Source: the human T2T-CHM13v2.0 reference genome, Homo sapiens
Length of the DNA stretch: 64,000 nt
Reading direction: 5' to 3' (one strand)
Assembly (NCBI RefSeq): GCF_009914755.1
Contig: NC_060926.1
The position numbers were made by a program, and so were the translations under genes. This document shows positions 15,187 to 29,345 of this stretch, one piece after another. The notes beneath the pieces are model-generated. The model did not search any database and was not told where the DNA came from. It saw nothing but the letters and a program-made list of their open reading frames with translations. Every line of letters starts with the position of its first letter. Within the stretch, counting starts at the first letter, position 1.

Positions 15187-15608
15187 CACTAATATACTAT
15201 ATATTTTACCCCACCTTACTTCTTTCACAATACATATAAAGGTATTTTCTCTTTTCTTTTTACAGCTGTATAATATTCCAGTGTGAAGATATACTATACT
15301 ATAACTATATAACACCTATAGTTCAATCTATCTTCACATGGAGATATTTGGGTTGCTTCTAGTTTTTTGATATTATGAAAACGGCTGCTATTAATAGTCG
15401 TCTCTGTATGACTTTTTGAATTGTGTTTGAGATAGATACCTAGAAATGAGTAGGTCAAAAGAGTAAATGCCTAAGTGATTTTACTAGACTTGCCAAATTT
15501 CTCTTGATAGGGGTTCTCATACATTGCATTTCCACCAGCAGTGTATGAGAATTCCTGTTTCCCCACAGCCTCACCAACAGAGTATGTAGTGAAGCTTTCG
15601 GGTTTTCT

Positions 15609-15931
<323 letters not shown>

Positions 15932-18063
15932 TGAGAAATAGTATTTTGGTCTAACTTTAATTTGTATTCCTCTTATGAGAGAGTGAGCATCTCTTCACAT
16001 ACAGAAGAGCCATTTGTAGGTCTTTTTCTGAGAACTGACATCTTGTATAACGTTGTTACATTTTTCTGTATTTTTAGAAGTTTTTTTTTAAATACATAAG
16101 TTATAGTAACTTTTCTCTGTAATAAGTTACATATAGTTTTACTAGTTTGTCATTTGACTTTTTACTTTTTTAGTATTTTTAGTATTTCCCATGAAGGTGT
16201 TCACATTTTTTTTTAAATGTAATCTAACATTAGTATTTTTCTTTTTATTTCTAGATTTTGAGTCATAGCTAGGAAAATTTTCCCCATTCGCAGGTTCTAG
16301 TAGAATTTACTCATGCTTTCTTCTAGTATTTGCACAGTTTAATTTTCTTTCATCTAAATAATGATTACATCTGGAATTTATACTGGCGTACAACGTGATC
16401 TAAGTTTGACTTATGCAGGTGTACAGTGTGATGCAAGTTGTGTGTGTGCATCAGAGTTTTCATTTCCATTTTGTTATCTGGTTATCCCAATACAGCTTAC
16501 TAAAAAGCACGTCTTTCACTCACTCATTCAGGATGCTGCCTTCATCAAAATGGAAATTTCCATACACAATTAAGTCTGTTTTTGAATTTTGTGTTCCATT
16601 TCATTGGTCTTTTTATTCATTCATCATTACCAAGCTGTTTAACTATGGAGGCTTTATAACATGTCTTAAGGTCTGGTAGGGCTGATAGGGTTCTCCCCTC
16701 CCTCCAAGTTGCTTCTCTTTTGAGGATTTTTCCTGGATATTCTTCCTTTTTTCTTCATCCCAATGAACTTCAAAATTAAGTTATCTAGCCTACTCCTCCC
16801 CTCCAAGAAAAGATGGTATTTTTATTTTTTGGATTGCAATCATTTATATATTAATCTAGGGAGAACTAACTCCTTTATGATGCTGAATCTGCCTAAATAA
16901 GAATATATTTCTTTACAGTTGTTCAAGTCTACTTTGATGTGTTTCAGTAGTGTGTTATCGTTTTTCTCATATAGGATTTGGACTTCTTTTTAACGAGTCT
17001 AGTTAGTTTACACTTTCATTTCCTTTACTATCATAATTGGGATCTTCTGTTTTATCTTCGATTGGTTTTACTTATTAATATAAAAACCTTTGATTTATAC
17101 GTTAATTTTCAGGGAGAAAACTTGCTATCCAATACACTCACGTGGGCTAGCCTTAGCTGTGGACCAACTTCTGCCTTTGTGAACCAATTTTCTGCCTCTA
17201 CTTTGCTATCTGGGACTCTTCCAGCTCTCTCTCTCCTTCCACTTATTCAAAAGACAGTGAGAACTTGCCTCTCCCCAGTTGATTACTGGCGGAACAAAGC
17301 TCACCAAGTAACACAGACACAAAGCAAACCTCTGACACTGAACATTTAAAGACAAGTTGAAATGCTGATAAAATAATGAATAACAGAGGAGGTGCTGAAG
17401 GAGAAAAATGATCTATATACATTTGGGGGAGGTTCGGATTGAAATGCACTTTAATGAAGTGCATTTCAAGTGACTTCCACGTTATCTTCCTTCTGCTGGA
17501 GACGAGTGGAGAGGATGGAACCCAAGTGGGAGTATTAGAAACCGGCCATCTCCCACGCTGCCTCTTCATTGCTCCCTCCTAAGAGAGGTGACTCACTTAC
17601 ATGCAATTTGATACACTGCAAATGGGCAGGGAGTGGCTATCCTTAGATCCATGTGGAGGCCAGTCTAGTACCTTATAACTATTCCATCATGTTTTCATTA
17701 GATGTTTTGAATTATTCCTTTTTAAATTGTCTTGAAGTAGTATCTGTCATTATCATGTGGTAGTGAGGACTGTTGATATTTCTTAGAATCATTAGTGGCT
17801 GTGAGAGGATGCTATCTTTTTCAATTTTGTTAAGAAACCCATTGTATCTTGAGAACAGTTCTTGGGAACTGGATCTCTGAGCCCTGCTGATTTTGCTGCC
17901 TCCCCACCCCAGGACGGCTGCAGCAGTGTCCTCTGGCCCACTTCCCTAGTCCCTCCCACTTATAATCTACCCTCATGGCCCTTCACTCTGGGCTGACAGA
18001 GGGGCCTGTGAGAGTATTACCCAGCCAGGGGACTACAGGGTAGAGGACAGGCAAGGACCATAG

Positions 18064-18470
<407 letters not shown>

Positions 18471-19286
18471 CGTGCATGAGTTCATTAGCCAAAGAGTTTT
18501 GGCACATCTGCACTTGACTCTCTCCCAGCTGTGTCCTCCAGGGCAATCCTGAAGAGGAAAGAGGTTTTGCCAGTTGCTTCTGTGGTTGGCGGGGTGGGCA
18601 CGGGGGGGGGGGGGTCCCTAACATCTTCCAAGTTTGTACAACCCCTTGTGTGCATCTCTACATTGCTTTATTCCACAAAGTTGTCTGGGAGAGGGTTGAA
18701 AATTCAGGTTGCAAATGAGAAATGCTTGCTGGTGTTTGGCCCGCCTGGCATCCTCCCTTTGTGTAACTGTCCCTGTAGTAGTGCCCCCACAGGTAGCATC
18801 CTCACTTTTCTTACTCCTTTAGAAGTCCACTCTTTGGAAAAGGTCTGTAAATTTCCTCACAGTGGTTAAGTAGTATCACCCGAAAGGTTCTGGATTGCCC
18901 CTCTCAGATGTACTCGCATTGTGATAACAGACATAGCCTGAGACTAGTGGCTCCCTCTGCAGAGTCTATGGGAGGTGGAGTGGAGGGTGAGGCTGAGGGC
19001 CATCTCAGGAGCCCTGAAAGGACAGCAGATGGACAGGATCCACGCTTGGGACTGGTCCGTATTTGTTGTATGGACACCCTCCCTGCCACTCCTCTCTGGC
19101 TACTGAGTGGCTGTTTAGTCCACCCTATCCAGGTGGGAACTGGCCACCCAGCCCACTCCTCAGTGCACCGTTTTGTGTCCTTTAATCACGGCCAAATCTA
19201 TGTATCTCTTGAGAGTGTAGGCTCCTTAAGGGTAGGGATTGGGTCTCTTGATTCTTTCTAGAACTCCTAAGTGCTTGCTATGAGGC

Positions 19287-19660
19287 TGCCATAGTCGAAT
19301 GTTCATGTCCCCGTGGACATGGGGGCATGTCCAGGGAATTCATACATTGAAACAATCCCCAATGCAATGATATTAAGAGGTGGGGCCTTTAGGAGGTGAT
19401 TAGCTCATGAGGGCAGAGCCTTCATGTATAGGATTAGTATCCTCACAAAAGAAGGTGCTTGTTCACCCCTTCCTCCATGTGAGGACTCAGCAAGAAGGTG
19501 CTATCTATGAAGCAGGGCACTCCCTCACCAGACCACTGAATCTGCTGGTGCCTTGATCTTGGACTTTCCAGACTCCAGAACTGTGAGTAGTAAATTTCTG
19601 TCATTTATAAATTACCCAGTCTAGGGTGTTTTGTTATAGCAGCCTGAGTGGATGAAGACA
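19287..19660 (+). mobile_element. MaLR solo LTR, MLT1A0-like
   Basis: tg...aggtggggcctttaggaggtgattag...gccttgatcttggactttccagactccagaactgtgag...tttgttatagcagcc...aagaca; TSD gaggc/caggc. Confidence 0.9.
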
Positions 19661-19738
19661 CAGGCTTTGTAGCCTAACCATGAAGCAGTACACCTATCTC
19701 AGAGCCTATCTAGTCTTCCACGGGTCTCCAGTTAGCCA

Positions 19739-20613
<875 letters not shown>

Positions 20614-20739
20614 CGGGGAAATAATGAACAAGCTGCTTCCTTTTGGGCCTGGTTTTTCTCGTCATTCAGGCCCATTTCACAGAAAGGGAGAAGGAAGAAC
20701 TGGAACACTCCACTTCCCCTTCTCCTAGTCCACCCTCCC

Positions 20740-21016
20740 TCATTCCTCATTCCTTCTTATCAGTGCAACCTCATCTCCCCAGGAAAGCGTTCTCCTTCTC
20801 TGTACCACTCCCCTCCCCAAGCTCACCTCCCAGCTTGCTCAGGTCTCCAATCACCGGCTCCCACAGCACGGTGGATTTTCCTTTACCCAGTTTGTGATTA
20901 TATGTTTGTTTGTGGTTATTAATGAAACATAAGCTCCCTAAGGGGAAAGATCTTGTAGGTGTTGCTCACTGTGGTGTCGAGCCACTTAGCACAGTGCCTG
21001 GTACTGATTGAATGAA
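20740..21016 (+). mobile_element. L2 fragment
   Basis: cataagctccctaaggggaaagatcttg...ttgctcactgtggtgtc...cacttagcacagtgcctgg...ttgaatgaa. Confidence 0.6.
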
Positions 21017-22056
21017 CCAGACTGGCCAAAGGTCATACACTTAGTACCAGATCTGGGACTAGGACCTGGTGTCCCAGCGCTCAGTCGAAGGCTTCCCTGG
21101 CCACACCAGTTTGCCTCCACTCCAAACCTTCTGCTGCTTTTTTCAGCGCCCAAACTTCTGACCATCTAGAGATTCAGGCACGGTGTCTACAGAGTTCTCC
21201 TCCAACCAAAAAACATTCTGTCTTCATCTCGACAGCCATCTTCTTGCCAAAATAAGCCGGGAAAGGTTATGTGAGTGCCTGGAGTCCAGCAGGAGTTGAG
21301 CTGGTCTGAGAAGAAAAACAGAGAAGAAGGAAATATCCTAAAACATTGATTTGTTTAAACTTCTTCACAAACTTTACAACACAAGGAAATCAACAGAGAC
21401 AAGCTCATAATGAAGTAATCAGCCAACGCGGCTAATATTCCAGCAATGAGAAATGATTCCCTACATGTCATGGGGCAGATATGAATAGGGTCATTAAAAT
21501 ATGGCCAAGGAGGGGAGGGAGAGTTTACTTTTTCTGTCTCCTTAGAGTCTGTGTTCTGAAAGCTCAGCAGGAATTTAAACAAATAGCACGGAGGAATGGT
21601 GAATCTGATCATCTTTAAAGAAAAAGCCCCTTTCAAACTTCTCTTTAAATCATTGGCTTATGCAAGTTTCGCTTTTTAAAAATGCTGCCGACCTTTTCCC
21701 CCCAAACAAAATTAGCATCAAATTGTTCTAATATTTTTCTGCATATTTTTTTCTCTAGGTCAAGAAGAAATTGTTGCTCCATCATGTAAGTGAATGTCAG
21801 GAGGAGGAAGGAGGATCTTAAGGAATGAAGTTCTAATGCATCCTCTTTGATTAAAAAGTAAAAGAATAAAGTTAGCAGAGGATAAAAGGTATATGGAGAG
21901 AGCCACCCACAAAAAGGGTTGCACCGGTGAAATGGGCCTGTGTAGGTCACATCCCCTCAGGGAGGGTAGCATTGGGTCCCTTGCATTTCAAATAAAATGC
22001 AATTTTAGGAACAGGGGCTGAAGGGAGAGACACTTCCACCCACCTCAACAGGGCAA

Positions 22057-22378
<322 letters not shown>

Positions 22379-22439
22379 CAACAGGGCAAATTTAACTGAA
22401 CTTACAGTACAACCACCCGAAGCTCTGGGAGGATGGCAG

Positions 22440-22600
22440 AGTGCTCTGACCTTAGACTAGTTACTTAACTTTTTAAAGCATCAGACTTCCCACCTGTAAA
22501 AACACGAGAAGAGAACCTTCCTTACAGAGCTGTGAAAGTCCAATAATACAAAGAAAATATAACATCACCTGGCACTTGGTAGAGTGTTCTACAAACGTTA
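22440..22600 (+). mobile_element. MIR
   Basis: tgaccttagactagttacttaac...cacctgtaaaa...acagagctgtg...acctggcacttggtag. Confidence 0.55.
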
Positions 22601-22989
22601 GGAAGAATAAAACCAGAAATTCCCCCCAAGACCCTCTTCGGGTGAGGCCCAGGGGCCCTGGAGAGGGTGGCAGGCCCGGGGGTGTGGGGAGGACACTTTA
22701 GCCAGCTGCCCCCAATTCTCCTCCAAGCCTGGCGGCCCAGTTCCGGGCTGTGGTGTGGCTTGAGGGCCCAGGGCTCCTCACTGAGCTTGCTTAAGCAAGT
22801 TCTTTCACACACAGCCCCATATACACTTTGGCTAGAAAATTCAATGAGGAGTTTTTTCTTCCTTCTTTCTCTGTTGTTGTTGGGTTCTGATTACTTCCAT
22901 CTGGCTTCAGCGGCTCGAGTGGAGTCTCTAAAACACACAACACAACAAAACAAAAACCCACCCTGCAAGCCACATGCACCAAACCTAGA

Positions 22990-25390
22990 AGGCTGCTTCG
23001 TTTCTCGCCAGCGTGTGCTCAGATGGCGACGAGGGCTAGCGGCGGCGGGGGACGCCTCAGGACCCCCGGCACCTGCGCTCGCTGCCCGCGGGAAGAGGGT
23101 CCGCGTGGACCCAGCCCCCGCGTCCCTTCTCTGGCGTCCCCGGCTTCCGCGCGGGCGTCCAGAGAAGCGGGCGCCCTGGGAACAGCGACCCAGGCATCTC
23201 CCCGAGGAGGGAAGTGGGAGGTGGGGAGGGCGGGGGGATTTCAGAGATTGAAAACAGAGCAGCCCTTGCCCCTCAGCTCCGGAGCTCATCTGACTTGAGT
23301 TAGCGACACCCCCAACCCCCCCCCCCCACACCTAGTCGTCTAAAAAAAGTGTCGGAGATTGGCGCGTCCTTTGGTTCCTTTCTCGAACTTTCCTTGTAGG
23401 TGCGTTTTCTTTCCTTGGTGCTGGGTGGGGAGAGTCCCTGTGCTCCCCCTTTCCCCTCCCCCCGCCCCGGCGGCGTTCGGGTCCCCCTGCGTCCCCCGGC
23501 AGGGAGCGGGCGGGCTGGCTGGCGGGTTCTTGGGGCCCGGGTGTGCCCGCACCGTGCGCGCGGGGGCGCTGCGCAGTCCGGCGGCGCTGATGGATTGCAG
23601 AAGTGCCGGCGCTTGCCAGCCGAGGCAGCACGGCTCCGCGGACTTTTTTTCAAACTCCCATCAATGAGACTTCGAGGAGGAGCGGGCGGCGGCGGCGGCT
23701 GCGACTGCGAACGCGGAGGAAGGCCAGGAGCCGCAGGAGGAGCCGGAGGAAAGAGCTTGGGCCGCGCGGCGCGCCGCAGCCTCGGGGAGCCGCCTGCTCG
23801 CCGGCGGTAGGGGCTGCGCGGCGCCCGCCCGCCTCTCGGTCCCCTCTCTTGCCTGGCCCGCCCCGCCCCGGCTGGCTGGAGCCCCGGCACAAGGCAGCCA
23901 GCCGAGGGTCGCCGCGCCAGCCAAGGTGGGATGGGGGCCCACAGCCACCGCCCGGCGCCCGAGAGGCCACCTGCGTGCTAGAGGCAAACTTTTGTCTCTC
24001 TCGGTAAAGTTGCATTGGCCTTCTTTTGCTTGCTTTTCGTGACGAAGCGCCTCCCACCTCGGCCAAGCGCGGGCCGACTGGGATGCTGCGCCGTCTCGGG
24101 GGGTCCCTCGGCCGGGTACCGGCGCCTAGGCCTTGGGATCGGGGCCCTGGGCTTCGGGGGACTAGAGGCTAGTAGGCGCGACCCCGCCTGGGGCTCTGGA
24201 CGAGCAGGGCGGGGACGTAAGGAGAGTCCTGGGGCTTGGAGCTCGTGGCCAGAGGTCGATGTTGCACCCTCTCCCTACCTGGGGGAGAGCACCACTCTTC
24301 TCGGGGTGCACAGCGAGCCGGCCTCCGCGCGCCGGCGGGGGTCTGTTTTTTCAGGGGGTGGAGGGTGGGATCGGAGGCTGGGATGCTCCGAAGCTGCCGT
24401 AGGTGGGCATGGGAGCGTGTCTGCGGGCGTACTGAGCGCGGAGGGGCTGCAGCCAGCCACTTGAGAACTTCGAACTCCACTTCTCCGCGCTGCGCGTCCC
24501 GGAGCCCTGCCTTTCTTTCTTCCTTCCTCAATCCTTCCTCCCCCTCGCCCGGCCCGGCCGCCCCCTCCCCCTCTGCTGGGCTCTCCTCCTCGGCCCCCCC
24601 TCTTTGCCTCTCTTCTCCTCCTCTCCTGCCCTCGGCCCTGAGATCCGCTTGACTTCCCAAAGGGATCCGCACGTAATCCTTTGCCGGGTCCTCCGGTTCC
24701 CCCTTCCACCTCACTTTCATCCCTGCCCCCCTACTCATCGTCTCTCCCCACCCCCGACAATCTCTCAACAAGTATATTTGCTGAGGAATTTGAAAAATCC
24801 ACTACTGCAACTTGATCTGTATGTGATGGATGGGGAGAGGCGCGGAGAGAGTTGGGCGCCAATCCTATTAAGGGTTTAGAGAGGGGAGTCTTTTCCCCGG
24901 ACGGGGCGGGGGCGGGGAGCTGGGAGGGAGCGTGTGCTTGCGTGTGTGAGTGTGAGCGCGCCCGCCGCGCTGGAGAGCTGGGAGTCCACCCAGCTCGGCG
25001 CCTTTTCAGCCCGGCGGTAACTGCTGTCATTTCCTAGGAAACCCGACTTTTACCGCGCGGGGAGCTGGGGATGGAGCCCGTGCGCCTCACCCTGGGTGAT
25101 CGGTCGCTGAGGCTCTCGGGGACCTCGAGCCCCCCCGAGGGTGCCTCTTTCCACTACCTTCTCTTTTGTGTAATTGTTCTGTGGCTCCTAGAGTTGATCC
25201 CAGCTGGAAAAGTAGACCTGTCCCTACTGTCTGGTCCCGCGCCCTGGGAGTCTTGTAGGCGTCCCTCTGTCCCCCAGCCCGGGCATCCCGCTCGGTGCGC
25301 GACCTCTGGCACGGGCTTTGCAGCTCGGTGGCCGCAGCGGTGTCCCGGGCCCCCTCTCCGCCGCTCTTGCCGGGCGTGTGAAGGTTTAAT
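22990..25390. promoter_or_regulatory. GLI2: CpG-island promoter (GLI2 main promoter)
   Basis: Sharp rise in GC and undepleted CpG over about 2.4 kb, multiple GGGCGG/CCGCCC GC-boxes, no obvious TATA box, contains the first exon. The island is directly visible; the gene assignment rests on recall. Confidence 0.85.
23586..24003 (+). other. GLI2: Non-coding first exon (5' UTR) of GLI2
   Basis: ...ccacctgcgtgctagaggcaaacttttgtctctctcg matches my recollection of the GLI2/Gli2 mRNA leader; followed by donor G|GTAAAG at 24004. The 5' boundary is approximate. Confidence 0.78.
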
Positions 25391-28300
25391 CCCGACAGCT
25401 TCAGATAAAGGGAGCAGTTGTAAAACGCTCATAGGCTGTTTGCAGACGAGGCTCTGGGGGATGTAGGAGAATTTGAAAGTAAACGTTTCCCTCGCAAGCA
25501 GCATAAAATAGTGTTTAAACAAATATTGTATTGGCATGCTCAGGGGGCTCGGTGCCAAAAAGTAAAGTAAATAAACTGTGAAATCCAAAATATACAGCGG
25601 GGAAAGCGGAGGAATAGGCGGGTTTGTCACAGGCCTCCCTGATGAGACCAGTTTGTTCCAGCCACCTCACCTGCCAGCTTTCTCTCCGCCCATTTCCTTA
25701 CCTTGCTGGGAGTTCCCTTGGCTGGGTTTCCCTGTGTCTGGGGGCAGGCCCTCCCTGGGGCCTGGGAACGGCTTTGCAGTTGCTTGTTTAGGGGGAAGCT
25801 CACGGTGTGGCTACCTGGGCCTGACTCCACAGGGACGGGGGGCACCTTGGCTATGCCTGGCTGCTTTGAGTTTGGAGGCTCTTTATTTAGGCTTTTCCCA
25901 GCTTCTGGTCTGTCCTGGGGCAGTCATTCTAGAATGTGGAATCCAGATCCATCAGGGGCCTTCTCTTCTTTTTGACTATGCTTCTTGTGCCTCTTTCTTC
26001 ATCGTTCTTGCTTTTGTTTTCCTAGACTTGCTGCTTCTCTCTTGAGGGTTACAGGAAATTGTGGAGATGTTTTTCCCTGGGATTCGAATTCCACTCAAGC
26101 CCAGCCATATGGAAAGTTGTCGCTTGTCTGATGAGTTTTAAAGTTAATTATATTTGGTAAGATTTAGGGTGGTTTTATTTTCTCCTCTGCTTCGAGAAAT
26201 ATGCCAGTTTCACGAAATTGTTTCGTGATTTTAGGGGATTTAAGCTAATACAGGGAAGATCCTGCATTTGAAAGAGCCCAGCTGCCCAGGAGGTATCCCT
26301 CAGGTGAACCAGCCTTCAGTTGGGCTAGCATCTGAGTGAGAGACTGTGGTCAGAACGGTCTATTTGCAAAGCCTCTTGGAGAGAATTAGAATTATAGGTA
26401 GAAAGAATTAGAATGATAGTAGAAAGAGCCTCCCAAGCCACCGAGGAACAAGGTAAGACTGCTAGAGATGGTTTTATCCTCTGTGGGAATCGATTTGACT
26501 GAATTTGCAGTGGGTTCAGATTCCTTCAGCAGAGACTTCCGGGCTGCTCCCAAACTCATTCTGCTCTGGCCTTGAAGGGGACTCTTGACTCGTGGCTTCC
26601 TTGAAGCTTGTGTGGAGTTAGCGAGGCCCTTGTGGCCAGGCAGCCTTGGAGTGGAGTGCCACTTCACTCTCCCAGGGATGCTCTGGTCCACTGGTGGAGA
26701 GAGCACCGAATGCAGAGTCAATCCTTTGAGTTGCTTGGTCAGAAGAGGGGGCCGCAGGGCTTCTGGTCAGTGGCTCATTGCCTGGCTGCGGGGGTCTTGG
26801 GGGCTGTGTACTGTAGCTGGCTTGTTTGCACTGCAGACTGAAAAATACACAAATACTTCACGCTTTTTGTACTCCCACAAGTGCCCTGTACACAGTGCAG
26901 CCCCTGGGGCTGGATTAGCAAACCAGGGATTCAGCAGGCAGGCAGACAAAATTGGATATTTGCCTAATAAACACCCTTCTTCCATTGTCCCCCACCCCTG
27001 CCCCGGGGGTACTCCACGGGAAAACTTCACTCCACAGATGCCAGCAGTTCCCTTTAAATGGGAGTAGGAGGTTGTCATGTGCACTTTGAAAGCTTGTGTG
27101 ACCCCCTCACACCCAGCTGGCTTGTTAAAGCCTAGAATCGGAGTCCTACATCCTTGTGTACTCTTTGGGTAGGGCAGCTGGCCTTTTCCTGGGGAAAGTG
27201 TGTTTAGCCCAGCTTCCTTTCATCTGCATGGCTCTTGCGGCAGGGAGGTGGAGCAAACCAGCCTTGCTTCTTGGAGGCTGTGGGGAGGAGAAAGGGGTTC
27301 TACCTGGGCCAGAGCCTGTTTCCTAGTGGACAAGGGGCAGCCAGGCCAGGTGGACCTCGCTGTGGACAGCTGCAGCTGTTCCCGCTGGGCCAGGGCCCTT
27401 TGAAAAGGAACCCGGGGGAGCACTTCCCCCCTTTCTTCTTTTCACTAAGTGTCAGAGGCATGGACAAGTGAAACACGTGAAGAATGCCAAAGAGAGAAAC
27501 AGTGTTTTCAGATTCCAGAAAATTCAGAGGCAGAATAGGTGATTGTACCAACAACCAGAATGTACAGTGATTTCAGTTGCTCCTGAAATTGCTCCTGCAC
27601 TTCTAAAGAAATCGGGGAGGAAAAACTGCTCTCTAATTGTTTCCTCAGGCTTGTTTAACAGATTTGAGAAAGGGTCATCCGACATTGATGTTTGAGAGTG
27701 TCCTTTGAAAAAGAGTGGCACCTTCAACACTTTTCTGGTTTTCAAATAAACACACAACACCGGATTCAACATTAATCATTTTCTCTGAAATTAATTTGAG
27801 GGTTTGCTGTGGAATATCAAGAATTAAAAAAAAAATCATTGATTATTATTTTTAGGTTTAGAGGATGACAAAAGCATCCTTAACCCACAAAACTGTATTT
27901 AAAACCTGGGAAAATGCACAGATGATAACGGTATACTTTCTGTGCATTTAATATCTTATTTTCCCCCAATTCTTTCATCAGCACAGTAATTCTCAATAAT
28001 CCTGTTTGTGTTGTTTCTGGTTTCTTAAAAAACATACACATGGGGGAAAGTAACTCATTTAAGATGTGACCAAAGAGTACTTATTAAACTGTTTTGGGGA
28101 TTTGGGTTTAAATTGAATAATGTTTTGTGTGTGTGCTTGCACATGTGTGTTGTTTAAAAAAAAAAAAAACAGGTTGCTGGGAAGTGTGTTTTAACTGTGA
28201 GTGCCGGGTTTCAGCTATTAGCATAAGAAAAAAAGTTTTAGTGCGTTTGCCATTGTCTTGAATGAAGAGTTCAGCAAAGGGAAGGAAAGCCGCAAAAGGG

Positions 28301-29059
28301 TGATGGTCCATTGAGATTCTTCTGCAGCCCCGAGCTCGTCATCTGCCTCTGAAATCTGTGATCGGATATCACTTTTATCTCGCTTTTCCATTCTCTGGCC
28401 TTTTTCACACGTTCACTTTTGTCAAGGTTTATTGATTATGTTTTCTTCTCTACAAATCTGTGGAAAATTTAATGAACCAAAAACAGCAGTGAAATAAAGG
28501 GGACTTTTTATTCATTAGCACGGGATTGGGATTGATTCCCTCTTTGGGCAGCCGAGGGCCCCAGGCCTCCTGCAGGCAGCTAGAGGGAGGAGGGAGGGTG
28601 GCCCGGCTGCAGGCTGAGGCGGGGACTCCACAGGCCTGTGGCCTCCAGGCTGAGCAGCACGGGCGCAGCCCTGCACTCCTGTCCCAAGTGAATTCTGAAA
28701 GCTTGTCCGCGATGGCTGTGCCGGTTGAGCCTGTATGCAACCACGCCGCAGCCCTTACCCGCCATGTCCTCCTGGGTCCTGGCTCAGTGGGCTTGGGGGA
28801 GGTGGGGCGGGGGGTGTTGTTTGTATTTCCCAGACTTACAAACCATTTGAGTGCTGGGCCTTCCCTGGGACACAGTTAAGTATCTCCCTTCCTCCAGACC
28901 CAGCCCAAACCTGTAATTAAGCAAAGCCCCTGATGTGATTACGCTTTGCTGACTCGGCTGGGTTTGGAGCCATTCCCTCTAGGAAACAGGGTGAACTCTT
29001 GCTCTTCCCAGAGGTTTCCTGGGCAGCTTGTGGTGCACCTCTATTGTACACATGTCCGC

Positions 29060-29345
29060 CTGTCCCCCTCCTTTGGCTCTCTTCCTCTCCCTTCAGCTAT
29101 CCGTCCGTCCTTTCTGTCTTTTTCTTTCTCCTTCCCCTTTCTCTCTCTTCTGTCCTGCCCCCACCCCCTCTTCTCTCTGGGTCTCTCCTTTCTCTCCCTC
29201 TCCGTTCTCTCTCCCCTTCTCCTTTCTTCTCTTTCCCTCCGTTTCCCCCTCCTCCGTTTCCTCCGCCTTCTCTCTCCCTCTCTTTTCTGTCTTTTCTCAT
29301 CTTTTCCCATCTTTCCCTCCCGTTCCCTCCGCCTCCTCCCCGCCC
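29060..29345. repeat. CT-rich polypyrimidine low-complexity tract
   Basis: About 285 bp almost entirely C/T on the + strand. Confidence 0.9.

Noticed and set aside
16376-16440. Degenerate tandem duplication of about 33 bp inside old L1
   Set aside because: Highly decayed, inside a repeat, with no functional hint.
18590-18614. G13 homopolymer with adjacent G-runs
   Set aside because: Isolated simple run with no regulatory context visible.
22667-24771. Many overlapping 100-200 aa ORFs in the main CpG island
   Set aside because: GC-rich artefacts, many with non-ATG starts. Only the three ATG uORFs within exon 1 were kept.
26210-26228. Inverted repeat tcacgaaa-ttg-tttcgtga
   Set aside because: An 8-bp stem is expected by chance in 64 kb and there is no other support.
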